From the NCBI GenBank assembly GCA_051942205.1, contig JAVECO010000187.1, forward strand, positions 1 through 43,991: 43,991 bases of DNA, read 5' to 3'. This stretch comes from Coniocarpon cinnabarinum (Eukaryota). The translations under genes and the position numbers were made by a program. Within the stretch, counting starts at the first letter, position 1; every line of letters starts with the position of its first letter. The notes beneath the pieces were generated by a model. It searched no databases. It was not told the DNA's origin and saw nothing but the letters and a program-made list of their open reading frames with translations. This document shows, in pieces, positions 1 to 11,200 of the stretch.

Positions 1-1233
1 GCCCACCCTGGCTCTGCCCATCACCATGCCCGGCGCCAGCACGTGCAACCCGAGCGTGGCGACCAGCGCGGCGCAGAGCTGCTTCAGCCAGAACTGCCAG
101 AATAACTTCGATCACGTTTATAGGTGTTTCCGGACTTGGAATGTTCCGGATGAGGCGGAGCAGTATCTTTTGCCGACTTTAGAGTTGGAGCATTGCTGTT
201 TGTGTGGTGAGTCTTTTGAATTTACTTTTCCTTGCTTCTTGGCGTAGTTGATGAAGCTGGTGGTGCTGTCGATGTCGATGTCGATGTCGATGTCGATGTC
301 GATGTCGAAGGTATTAGAAATGGAGAAGGGAGCAAGCATGAAGTGAAGGCGAAGATTACTATGCTAATACCTTTGCAAATAGGCGAATACCTGTTCGAAC
401 TTGGGCACAATTGGGTCGGATGCGCGAATTGCATGAGTGCGAATGTAAGCGGCGAAGCAGGCGCGTCCATCGAATTGACTAGTAAGTCTGGCCTACCGCA
501 GCACAATTTCCCAGAAGATGATAGAGCCGCTAATGTGGACTGATAGGTCTCTGGGCGGAGATGGCCGAAGCCTCAGAACTGTTCTGTGGATTTCCCACAG
601 CAGGGAATTTACGCGGTTTCATTGGTGCATGGAATGCTGTTGCTGCCGTAAGTATTCCTCTTCCTCTGATATGCCTGCCTAACTGCCATGACAAAATCAC
701 CCACCTATCTGTTCTAGTCACCGTGATCATGCCGTTGCACATTTTGTAAGATCACGTCAAGATACTGCACGCATGCAAGCCCACGAAACAAAACATTTTT
801 GACTCTCATATAGGCCTGGAGTCCCCTAGCCTACAACAACTTCTACATCTTCGAAACAAGCACCTGTCAAAGCTGGGAGCAGCCATACCTAAGCTACTTC
901 ACGACCATGCCCGGCAACATCTTCGGACCGGGTACCCAGCCCGCCAAGCCGATTCCCTGGGCGCCTGTAGGTGCATCGACGATTACGCCGTTGGAAGCGA
1001 CTTCGACTTCGACTTCGACTCCGGGTTCGAATTTGGCTTCGGGTTCACAGCCGATGACGCATTTGAGTTCGAGTCAGGTGTTGGCTTCGACGAGTACTTC
1101 GAGCGAGACGACTTCACAGGCGAACTCGACGCAGGTCTTTGTGGGCGCTGCAAACGCTGATGTGCGAAATGGAGGCATTGCGATGGTGCTGGGGACTGTG
1201 GCCATGGTGGCTGTAGCTATGATTATGCTCTAG
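1..1233 (+). CDS. 5'-partial Cys-rich secreted protein, probably GPI-anchored; exons <1-206, 383-481, 547-647, 814-1233
   Basis: Introns 207-382 (GTGAGT..GCTAAT..TAG), 482-546 (GTAAGT..GCTAAT..TAG) and 648-813 (GTAAGT..TAG) join ORF-track pieces into one frame. The product has a Cys-rich domain (CCLC, CANC), a Ser/Thr-rich stalk and a hydrophobic C-terminus (GGIAMVLGTVAMVAVAMIML). Confidence 0.75.
268..308. repeat. (GTCGAT)n hexanucleotide microsatellite in intron 1
   Basis: About 6-7 tandem GTCGAT units read directly from the sequence. Confidence 0.9.
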
Positions 1234-1402
1234 CAAAGGCTGACTCTATCAATTGGATCTGATACTGAGACTTTCGATAGCAGCCATCACTGTGCCGCAT
1301 GGACTGCCGCACAGAGGTGGTTCGGATGGCACGAATTCACCGGTCGCCGATACTAATCAGTGGTGATGGCGGTGACGTCTAAGAGGTTTCATTAGTCTCT
1401 AT

Positions 1403-3224
1403 TTAGATGTTGAGGACAGAATTTCCCATTTCGGCCATTGCTTCTTCGTACTTTGCGATTGCTGGCTTGGCTTCAAATTCAACGAAGTCCGTGACCTGCC
1501 GAGTATGTTAGCACACCGAAAGGATGCTTTTATAGCTGGCTGGTGCAGGTCCTGTATCAATAGGCAGCCACGAAGCCCACATGCAACGATCCCATAATTA
1601 AGGAGGTTGCAAGCTGAATTAGATTTCAGAGACGAGTGATATAGACGTACCTGCTCCGGCGCACACCCAATGAAGGTTTTTGGATCCAGCAATGCATCCA
1701 TCTCAGACAAAATTGGCTCGAAGAATTTATTGCGTTTGATTCTCTCTATTAGATCATTATCGCCTCCTTCAACCTTGACTTTTGCGCTCGCCTCATGACT
1801 AGCAATCGGTCAGCGAGAGCCCAAAAGTCAACGCTAGGCGTAGTGGTACAGTCCCAGTGCGTCCGACTTACCTGAGGACTTTGATCTCCTCATGTGCCTT
1901 CTGCCTGCTTTCGCCCTTCGCAACTAGCGCAGCAATGACATTCTCAGTCGCCATGAAAGGCAACTCGGCATCGATACGACGTTGAATAACCTGGGGATAA
2001 ACAACAAGTCCACTGCTAACATTATGGAGCAAAATGAGACAAGCGTCAGCAAGTAAAAAGGATTCAGGGATGTACTGTCGGCGAGCAGCGCTGTCATCTA
2101 GCGTGCGCTCCATGCCTTGCGAGGCATACGTGTCGATTGCGTTGGCTGGGCTATTCGAAAGCACCCGTCCCAGTGAGCAGAGTCGTTCACTCCGGATTGG
2201 ATTGCGTTTGAATGCCATGGCGCTACTGCCGGTTTGATCTTTTTCGAAGGGCTCGTCCATCTCTTTGAATGAGGCAAGGAGGCGGATGTCGTGACCGAGC
2301 TTTTGGACTGTTGCGCCAAAGGAACCGAGCGCTTGGAGTATGTCGACGTCGATTTTGCGGTCGTATGTTTGAGTCGTGACTATTGCAGCAGATCTAGATG
2401 CTTCAAATTAGCTGCACTGGCCTGCAGATAGCCAAGTGAATAGAAGACGGTCTGGCCCTGCAAATTTTTTTTCTTTTTGTCTTGCTTTTTGGGAGGAGAC
2501 GTGGGACTTTATGAAGCTCTTGACACACTTACCGAAAGCCGGCCTTCTGAGTGACGAGTTTATCGAGCTGCTTAACTTTGCTGTAATCTCCGTTGAAGAG
2601 CTTCAGAAATGATGCCTGAGTTCCAGTAGTTCCCTTACAACCACGAAACTCGTCCAGCAAGTCTGACAAGGTTCGCTCCAAGTTTCGCAGATCTCGTATT
2701 AACGAATGGGTATACACCGAGAATCGTTTGCCTATCGTTGTAAGCATTGCAGATTGGTAGTGAGTATAGCTAAGCACTGCGAGGTCTTTATACTGCAGGG
2801 CAAAGTTTGACAGGTTCTTGATGCACGCAGCCAGTTTAGGAAGGAGAAGCTGCAGACCATCGCGCATGAAGATCTGGTCTGCATTGTCGGTCACAAAACA
2901 AGACGTCGCACCAAGATGTATAATGCCGGCTGCAGCGGGTGCCACGGTGCCGTAGGTGTGCACATGGGCCATGACATCGTGACGCACACGCTTCTCCTCC
3001 TCTCGTGCAACGTTGAACTCGTCGTCAGTGATTGAGACGCGCTGGCGGAGCTGTTGAATAGCCTCGGGTGTGATACTGAGGCCCAGCTCTGCTTCTGCTT
3101 CAGCAAGCCATATCCACAGTTGTCGCCAGGTGTTGATGCGCCGGCGAGCTGAGAAGATCTCGAGCATTTGCCGACTGGCATAGCGGCTGCCAAGCGGCGT
3201 CTGGTAGGTGTCGAGGGCCGACAT
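1403..3224 (-). CDS. ADE13: adenylosuccinate lyase; exons 3224-2533, 2393-1872, 1798-1651, 1495-1403
   Basis: Motifs [39 protein letters not shown] and the fumarase/ASL signature [11 protein letters not shown]. Three canonical GT-AG introns restore the frame. Confidence 0.97.
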
Positions 3225-4298
3225 GGTGGTGCGTGGCAAGCCCGAGCAGGTGACGGTTCTTGTTCAGACGTTGTTGGAACTTTATTCTAGCGGTGCAGAC
3301 GCTCTGAGCAACAAAGCAGTGAGAGGCAGATCGCTGTCCTGCCGTGAGGTACGGCTTCGAGCAAACTGCCTGCCTGCTTGTCACCTGCCAGTCTAGCTCT
3401 AATTTGCGCTGCGCATCATTACAATATTCTGAAACCCGATTGCATGGGAACTCAATGCTGTTCCCGTCAGCGACTCGCTTGTAGTAGCATCGCACACGTC
3501 TATCTTTTCCGATGGTTTGAAAGGACCCAAAGAGGCAATAGTCTCGAAGCCAAACCAAACACGCTAGGAGCTGCAAAGCGTGGAACCTACGTCATCGAGC
3601 TAGGCTGGATGCAGGACTAGCGTGACAGGCCGGTCGGAACAGGGCCGGCGAGGTTGCGAAGTCACAAATGGAAGTCAGACAGTGCGAGTTGCAGCAGAAT
3701 GGGAGGCAGCCGGTGCGCCTAATGCTCAGTGCAGCCTACCTGCGGGCCTACGGTAAGGTAACAGCCTGACATCCATCCTGACATCCTGGTCCACCTCGAT
3801 CCAGCTGCGTTTGCCTACCGTGCCCACCCTGCCGACCCTGCCTCAGTCCGCCTTCCCTCCGTCTCTCTTTTTCTGACACACACGCGCCACTGCTCCTGCA
3901 ACTAACTCATGACGCGACACCCTCTCTTTCACCACGTCCCTCCATCCTCTGTCTGAGCTGCTTGCGTGCACCCCATCTGTATGACCGGCTCCAGGCTCTC
4001 TATTCATTCGCACGCGACTCTATACATAGCCCCCTGCGCACATCAGCACCCAGCAGGCCAGCAGCAGCAGCGGGCGTGCAGTTATTTATCTCCGGCCTGA
4101 CTCTCGCCACAACGGCTGCCGCCCTCCGCGACCCAACAACCACCCAAACACCTCCCACTACTGCGCCCCGATCCGGCTACCGAGACATCTTCGTTCGCGC
4201 TTGCGCCTCGTCGCATCCGCAATCCTTGCCTCGCCAGCCACACGCTCACCCTCACCGTCAGCGCAACAAGGCCTCCTCCCCGATGAGAGCGGGCGCTC

Positions 4299-7115
4299 AT
4301 GGCCCTTTCCGCGCCTCCGAACGAGCGGAAGCGCGTGAAAGTGTACGAGCTCCGCGACAACGACTGGTTTGATCGAGGCACCGGCTTCTGTAATACGCAA
4401 TGGATCCTCGAACGTGGCCGCATCTTCGTCGAGTCGGAGGAAGATCCCGACCACATCCTGCTCGAGTCCCGGATCAAGAAGGAGGACTCTTACCAGAAGC
4501 AACAAGACACCCTCATCGTCTGGACTGACAACCATGGCGTCGACATGGCCCTTTCCTTCCAAGAGGCGGAGGGCTGCGGTCTCGTGTGTGAAGCGATCGG
4601 TTCCGTCCAGCAGCGTCCTCTCGATGATCCAGATGAGATGCCACCGAGCCCGCTCAGCTTGCCTCCTCCTACTCTGAGCCATCTCAACCAAATTGAGGAT
4701 GTCATGCGCCGCGCCAACCAGACGCAGATGGGCCGCGATAGCATGTCCAAGATGATCGTCAACGAAGACTACATCCCACGACTCACTTCTCTGGTTTCGG
4801 AAGCAGAAGATCTGGAGAGCTTGCCGGATCTTCACCGTATCTGCAACATTATGAAGATGCTCATCCTGTTCAACGACACCCAAATCATAGAATACGTGGT
4901 TAGGGATGAAGTCGTGTTGGGAGTCGTGAGCGCGCTCGAGTACGATGCAGACTTTCCTTTTTACAAAGCCAATCATAGGCAGTATCTCGCCGATGAGAGC
5001 AAGTTCAAAGAAGTGGTGCCGATTGAGGACCCGGATATTAAGAGAAAGATTCATTTTACATATCGTCTGCAATACTTAAAAGATGTTGTCCTGGCTAGGA
5101 TCCTCGATGACCCAACGTTTAGCGTGCTCAATTCCCTCATCTTCTTTCACCAGGTCGACATTGTTCAGCACATCCAGGGAAATGCGGCCTACATCAGCAA
5201 AATCTTTGGCCTGATCAACGATCCGAAGTCGGAACCACAAGATCGCAAAGATGCCGTGCTGCTCATTCAACAGTCATGTGCTATCGCAAAAAACCTACAA
5301 GCTCACTCACGGGCTTCTTTGTACGAAAATCTCATCAACGGTGGCCTGTTCCAGACAATCACCTTCGCGGTCCAGCACAAAGATGCCGCAGTACGCGTCG
5401 CAGGAACTGATATCCTTGTTGCCCTCATTGATCACAGCGCAAATTTGACACGGCACCACGTCATCAATGCCACCAAAGAAGGCACTAAGCCCATGACAGA
5501 AACGCTTATTGAGTTGCTCCTGGTAGAAACAGATCTTGGCGTGAAGGCGCAAATTGCAGATGCTTTGAAGGTACTCCTCGACCCGAACGCAAATGGACCA
5601 GGCGATGACAGGCCCATGGGCCCAGAACAGCCATTTATGAAGACGAGGGGCAATCCTGCCATGCATGCGCAAAGTGACGGCTTTCTCCACCAATTCTACG
5701 AAACTGCCGCCAACAAGTTGTTCAAGCCGCTCAAAGACCTCGAAAACCGCACCGACATTTCAAGCCTTAGCGTTCAAGAGTCCACTACTTATGTGCATCT
5801 GATAGAGATTCTGAGCTTTTTCATGCGTCAGCATGGCGCGCAGGGGAGGGTGTACGTGCTCGAACAAAATTTCCACGAACGCATTTCACAACTGTTGCAA
5901 CATTCACCCGAGAAGCATCTCAAGATACATGCGATCAAATACTTCCGTACCGTGGTCACCATCGGTGACGACTTCCATCTTCGTCAACTGGTTAGTTTCA
6001 ACATCTTCAAGCCCATTCTGGACATCATAATCGCGACTATGCCAAGGGATAACCTGCTGAACTCGGTTTGTCTTGAGCTTTTCGAATTTATTAGGAAAGA
6101 GAATAGTGAGCTTCTGATCCGGCATCTTGCGGAAACTCTGTGTGACGAAGTTACGTCCATCAAGATTACAAACGTCTTTAAAGGCATCATGCTACGGTAT
6201 GATCAGCGCATGAACCCACCACCGGAAGGCATACACGGTGATGCGGCTGCAGACTCCAGTTTCATGACTAGTGATCTTGAGACACCCAACACTCGTCACA
6301 TCACTATCAACGGTGGTGCCCAACGCTGGCAAGGTCTGCGCGAGGCAGATCCAGATGAAGAAGCCTACTTCAATACAAGCGATGACGAGGACGAGGAGGA
6401 CGAGCTGGCGGCAGACCATCACATGTCGCCTTCGCCCGATGGCAGTCTCGGATCTTTGGGTGCCCGACTGTCGCGACACGTCAATGGATTGGGTGCTAGC
6501 CCTCTAGCCAAGCCTCTGGTGGACTACGAGGACGAGGAAGTCGACGAGGATCTTACTGCTATTGCACAAGGCGACGCTGCAGATTCTGATGCACATTCTT
6601 CACCGCTCTCAAACGCCGGACTCGTGTCTTCAGACGGATCACGGCCGTCTTCAGCAACTTCGCCTCCTTCAGAAGATCAGACAGCTAATGCGGCGACGCC
6701 AGCAAGGCAGTCACGACCGCCCAGTGCGAAACGCATGCGCGAAGAGGACGATGAAGATGACGAGCTGAGCAAGTTGAGCCAGGGGATCAAGCGACGAAGC
6801 AGCTCGCAAAATCTCCGCGCTGCGAGAGACCACGCGGCAAACCACAAGTCGAGCAAGTCTCGGTCACCTCAGTCGCCTGAATCTCCTGATGGCGACAAAG
6901 ACAAACCTGAAGATCCTGACGCGATGGATACGGACGAGAAAGCTGCCCACAACAGTGTTAGCACTAAGCCAACGACGCCTCTTCGACAAAGCGCACGACG
7001 GAAAGAGAGGGATAGTGCTCACAGCAAAGGCGGCACCGACTCGGGACGTTCCAAGCGGATTTCGATATCGCTGAGTAAGCGGGAAAAAGACAGAGACAAG
7101 GAGAAAGAGTCATGA
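4299..7115 (+). CDS. PSY2: protein phosphatase 4 regulatory subunit 3 (Psy2/SMK-1/SMEK)
   Basis: 938-aa single ORF with the N-terminal EVH1-like motifs RVKVYEL..WFDRGTG and YQKQQDTLIVW, the DUF625 motifs LEYDADFP and KIHFTYRLQYLKDVVLARILDD, and an acidic disordered tail. Confidence 0.95.
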   Translation: MALSAPPNERKRVKVYELRDNDWFDRGTGFCNTQWILERGRIFVESEEDPDHILLESRIKKEDSYQKQQDTLIVWTDNHGVDMALSFQEAEGCGLVCEAIGSVQQRPLDDPDEMPPSPLSLPPPTLSHLNQIEDVMRRANQTQMGRDSMSKMIVNEDYIPRLTSLVSEAEDLESLPDLHRICNIMKMLILFNDTQIIEYVVRDEVVLGVVSALEYDADFPFYKANHRQYLADESKFKEVVPIEDPDIKRKIHFTYRLQYLKDVVLARILDDPTFSVLNSLIFFHQVDIVQHIQGNAAYISKIFGLINDPKSEPQDRKDAVLLIQQSCAIAKNLQAHSRASLYENLINGGLFQTITFAVQHKDAAVRVAGTDILVALIDHSANLTRHHVINATKEGTKPMTETLIELLLVETDLGVKAQIADALKVLLDPNANGPGDDRPMGPEQPFMKTRGNPAMHAQSDGFLHQFYETAANKLFKPLKDLENRTDISSLSVQESTTYVHLIEILSFFMRQHGAQGRVYVLEQNFHERISQLLQHSPEKHLKIHAIKYFRTVVTIGDDFHLRQLVSFNIFKPILDIIIATMPRDNLLNSVCLELFEFIRKENSELLIRHLAETLCDEVTSIKITNVFKGIMLRYDQRMNPPPEGIHGDAAADSSFMTSDLETPNTRHITINGGAQRWQGLREADPDEEAYFNTSDDEDEEDELAADHHMSPSPDGSLGSLGARLSRHVNGLGASPLAKPLVDYEDEEVDEDLTAIAQGDAADSDAHSSPLSNAGLVSSDGSRPSSATSPPSEDQTANAATPARQSRPPSAKRMREEDDEDDELSKLSQGIKRRSSSQNLRAARDHAANHKSSKSRSPQSPESPDGDKDKPEDPDAMDTDEKAAHNSVSTKPTTPLRQSARRKERDSAHSKGGTDSGRSKRISISLSKREKDRDKEKES

Positions 7116-8492
7116 TGAATGCTCGGTCGCAAACACAAGACGGCGAATTTGCTGAAACGGTCGGTGGTGTCAGTGAGCATTTTTAGGCCCTTCTCATGAA
7201 CGTGTATTTTATTTTTTTGGTAACACTAGATGCCGATGAGGCGTCGATGTGGCTATGACACTGAGCGTATAGCGGCGATGCATGTGGCATGTGATGGGAT
7301 CATGTGTACATTGTACAAGTTATAGATGAAGCGCATATATGCATGGTTGAACGCTGACAATATTCACAAAGTCTCACACTCACACACACTCTCTTTTCCT
7401 GTGAACTGCATTATTAAGATCACCTACGAGCTTGATCACGTGATGCTAATTAAATCATCAATGCCGCCTCGGAACTGAGGCGTAAACGTCCGTTGCTGAT
7501 AAAATTTCACGCTCCAATATCTTTTCCTCTTTAACATCTGGGATGGTGGGTGGGGGAGGTGGTGGCCAGGGAAGCCACAGCCTCAGCAGTGGGAGAAAAG
7601 GGATAACGGGTGCGAGAAAGCCGGGCCCGAAAAAAGTGTCTCGTATTCTCTCTACGCTGGTTTGTTTTTTTCCCCCTCTGGTAGTATATTCTCTCTCCAT
7701 CTGGTACTGAAACCGACTCTTGCCAGTGACGTTGTTTTTTCTTCAGACCGAAGCGTGTTTCGTGAAGTAGTAGAGCCAGCTCGGTTCTTCAATGAAATCG
7801 GAAGAGTGTTCGTAAAAAAACCTTACACAAAGTGCTTGGAGAAAGATGTAGAACCTTGAAAGGACCGAGCACCGTCGTGCAGATAAGAGCTTGATGGTCC
7901 GCCCATGCCATGTCCGGTGGGAAATCATGTACGCCATGGAACGCCAGTGATGTAGCTGATGGCACGTGCCACTTGAGTCATTTGCAACGCAGAGCAGCAC
8001 GGCTCCTGAAGTACATCCCCGCAGCACGTGCTAGCTCTTGACGATGGATCTACATGAAACGAGAAGTTGGGTACTGTGTGGACGGCGGACGAACTAACGA
8101 CACGTCAAGATGAATTCCATTCAGCATGCCTGTCGATTCGCTCGACCTTTGCAAGTCATATCTTGAGCATGAGTTACAGACGCACTAATTGGCGGACCAT
8201 TGAAGACTGATGCGTAGCAGCATTGTAACAAGTAAGTCCGCTGCTTTTATACTACAAGGGCCAGAAGCAGTAAAAGGTTCGACTTTGCGCCAGGTACCAT
8301 GATATCGACATGACGTGATGTTCTCACCACGAAAAGGTTGGGTCCCTATCATGTTGGGGCTTTGCGCTACTTAGGCAGTCATCACTCGTTTCGAAAATTT
8401 CCATATCAATCAGAAGCCTAAACACATCAATATTACCACTCTCCCCGCGAAAGACATCCGCTGCACAGAAAGAGTCCTCGATCAAACTTTTC

Positions 8493-8930
8493 ATGACCTA
8501 CTGCAGGGCACAAAAGATGCCGACATCCCTCACAGACCTTCCCGACGACGTCATTGCCCTCATCTGCCAACACAGCCTCAACCTCCGCATCCTCAAGCGG
8601 CGCGATACGCCGAACGACGACATGCGGTGGCCCAAGAGCGACATGTCTGCCAGGAGCTGGCTCAGCACGCTCATCTCCGCGCGCTCCGACGCCCAGGGCC
8701 GCATGGTGCTACTATACGTCTTCGACGAGGTGTTCCGCGCGCGGCGTGAATGCGAGAGGATCCTCGAAATTGCGACACTGAATAAGCGTTTTTGGCGGGA
8801 GATGAGCTATACCCTCGATGCAGTCATCAGGACGTTGCCGAGTGAGGAGGATGTGTATAAGGAACCGGGGGCTTGGAGGGAGTTGGCGGATGTGGCGAGG
8901 ATGATGAGGGTCAAGGCGATTACTTGGTGA
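8493..8930 (+). CDS. small F-box-like protein (start may be the second ATG, at 8517)
   Basis: N-terminal SLTDLPDDVIALICQHS resembles the F-box consensus (L..LP.E/D+...I...L). Coding-like GC3 bias. Confidence 0.65.
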   Translation: MTYCRAQKMPTSLTDLPDDVIALICQHSLNLRILKRRDTPNDDMRWPKSDMSARSWLSTLISARSDAQGRMVLLYVFDEVFRARRECERILEIATLNKRFWREMSYTLDAVIRTLPSEEDVYKEPGAWRELADVARMMRVKAITW

Positions 8931-10379
8931 GTTCTTGTCGGTGTTGAGGGAAGATTGATACAGGCGCTGAGGATTTTTAGGGGTTTGCGCCATCGATGGA
9001 TATTCATTTGATCGTGGTGGGAAGACATTGCATTGAGTGATTGGTTTTGGGGTGCGGCAGCTCATTTACTCACGAAACGTTTCCTATTACACCACATAAG
9101 ATGGTGCGGGCTTGATCCGTTGGCCTTCTATAGTGCTCGGATCTCGACGCTATCAGTCATTGCGCTGTCAAAAGCAACAGTCTGAATGATTATCCACCAT
9201 TCGTATCGTGGTATCAACGAGAACCGCGTTTGCTCCCTCACAACTCTCGAAAACGCAGAAGTCTGTTAGCCGCGCGCCAAGATTCACCTCTGAGCAGATG
9301 CGGAAGTCGCCATGCGCTGGTAAGCGATGACTTCAAGTTGATTGGGCATGATTGTGACTTCCTTTCGTGTCCGATCTTGGCTAACATACTCAGCAGTCAT
9401 TTGATCCCTGCTTTCAAATTTCTCTTGCAACTTTTCGATTTATTTTCTTGATGCATCCTTGACTACTGTGTGTATCATGATCGCATGGAATGAGAGCGTC
9501 GGTATCTAGTGACAGTACCGCATTCACCTCGACACATTGCCTACCTCCTTGATCCTCGGACTTTGGTCGTTTCGTTCTTGGAACAGACAAAGAAATATAG
9601 GTATAATCTTTTCGCTTGTGGAATGCTGAAGAAACTTGATGCAATGCGGGTGGCTGCCACCCGCAACTCTACATCGTACTTGGGTATGAAATTAGAGTCT
9701 TCTCTTTTGGGTATAATGAACTGTTGATTCGAGTTGCTAGACGACCTCATCTTCGTCCAGTATGATGGGTACCTTCAGAAATGCACTAGTCGAAGGTCGA
9801 TTATGTGATTTACTTGCGGTGTTCGTCCCTGTAATGTGGATGTGGTATGATGTATCCCATCTCGCCACAACGGATTTTGGAATTATATAAACGACTAACT
9901 TAACGCTAAGGCTAGCAGTAATTTTGATTGGGGGGTTCTCCATCGCATATAGTGCTCAATCAGGATGGGCACGTGCGTCCTTGCCCGAACGGTACGGCAG
10001 GTGCTTGCAGATCAGTGGCAAGGGACGACTCAATCATGTATCTCAGACCCCAACTCGTGCGCTGAACCGGTCTCTTTTCGCGAGGTGGAAAGGTGTCCAC
10101 TGCAAAATTTACTTCACCTATGCTGGATGTTCGCTCAGCCGCATGAACTTCTCTTTCCGCCAAAGACACGTTGATGCGCAACGATAGACAGGACGGCACA
10201 AGAGTCGCCCGTGATTCTGCGCTACGTGGTACAGCTCTTGGAAGTACTTATCTCTGATCCTTTTTCCCAGCGGTTTCGATACAAAAGTGTATCTTTGTGT
10301 TCCCCAAAAACTCATCTCACGTTCGTATTTCTTGCGTCTGCAATTTAGACAGCTTGTTGGATCGACACTTGGCGAAAAT

Positions 10380-11200
10380 ATGTCTGATAACAAGACCGGC
10401 AAGCTTTTTAAGCATGAAGGCGCGGCGTCCAGTGCCCAGCCACATTCTGAGATCTCACCAACTCTGCAGCAGCAGCGCCAGGCTCTAAATGCCGAACAGA
10501 AGACTGAGCTGCAGCGCATGGAAGAGCGCGTAAGGCATGCGATAGAAAATGCTGGCAATGTCTGGCAGCGATTAAAACACGAAAATAGCATGAAAACTGG
10601 TGACGACAAACGCTCCGACGGACAACTCATCCACGATACAGAGATGTTGGACGCAAACTTCGATGTAGATCAAAAGAGGGCGAAGTATCACCGGCAAGTG
10701 GACCCCAGGTCGCGGCTCTAGCGACAGTGGAGCTAGAAGCCTGGGCATTTACCCCGTTCGCTGTTCGAAGACTTTTGGGTCCACACGCGCTAACCTACCG
10801 TCACAGACATCACTTCAAACTCTTCGGCCGCTATCCCGAAGGATACGAAGAAGAGGAGCGCGCCCGCCGGGAAGAGTCGCACCAGCGTATGCGGGACGAT
10901 TTCAAAGAAATGTTCCCTGGCGCCACCAATAAAGAACTTGAACAAGGTGGTAGGGAGCGTTTCTATCATGATATGTTGCGGCAGGACCAGCACGGGCAGC
11001 TATTAGAGGAGGGAAAGCAAGATCCGCTTTCGTTGGCAGCACACACTGAGATCATCCAAAAATTGATGGAGGGTCCAACAAGCCAAGGCCCATCGAATCG
11101 CACGATTGCGGCCTCGAAAGATAGACCAAAGGCTGGGCGTGTTGAGGAGCTGTCGGATGATGAAGCAGACGCCTCGGGAAGTGGGAAACAGAGAAAGTGA
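10380..11200 (+). CDS. orphan coiled-coil/charged protein split by a one-base frame change (possible pseudogene or assembly error)
   Basis: ORFs 10380-10721 and 10727-11200 are both protein-like and overlap in different frames; one extra A in CAAAAG at 10671-10676 fuses them. Confidence 0.5.

Noticed and set aside
248..310. In-frame 63-nt exon encoding (VD)n inside intron 1
   Set aside because: The upstream intron would be only 41 nt with no branch point and the donor GTATTA is weak; the microsatellite explains the ORFs.
4082..5072. Long antisense ORFs (for example 4158-5072, and 15497-16294 opposite the chitinase)
   Set aside because: Shadow ORFs expected opposite codon-biased genes.
7617..7700. 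EREY..G...T..ERIR..FFGPGFL faintly resembles an actin segment
   Set aside because: Short gapped similarity with no other actin motifs in the flanks.
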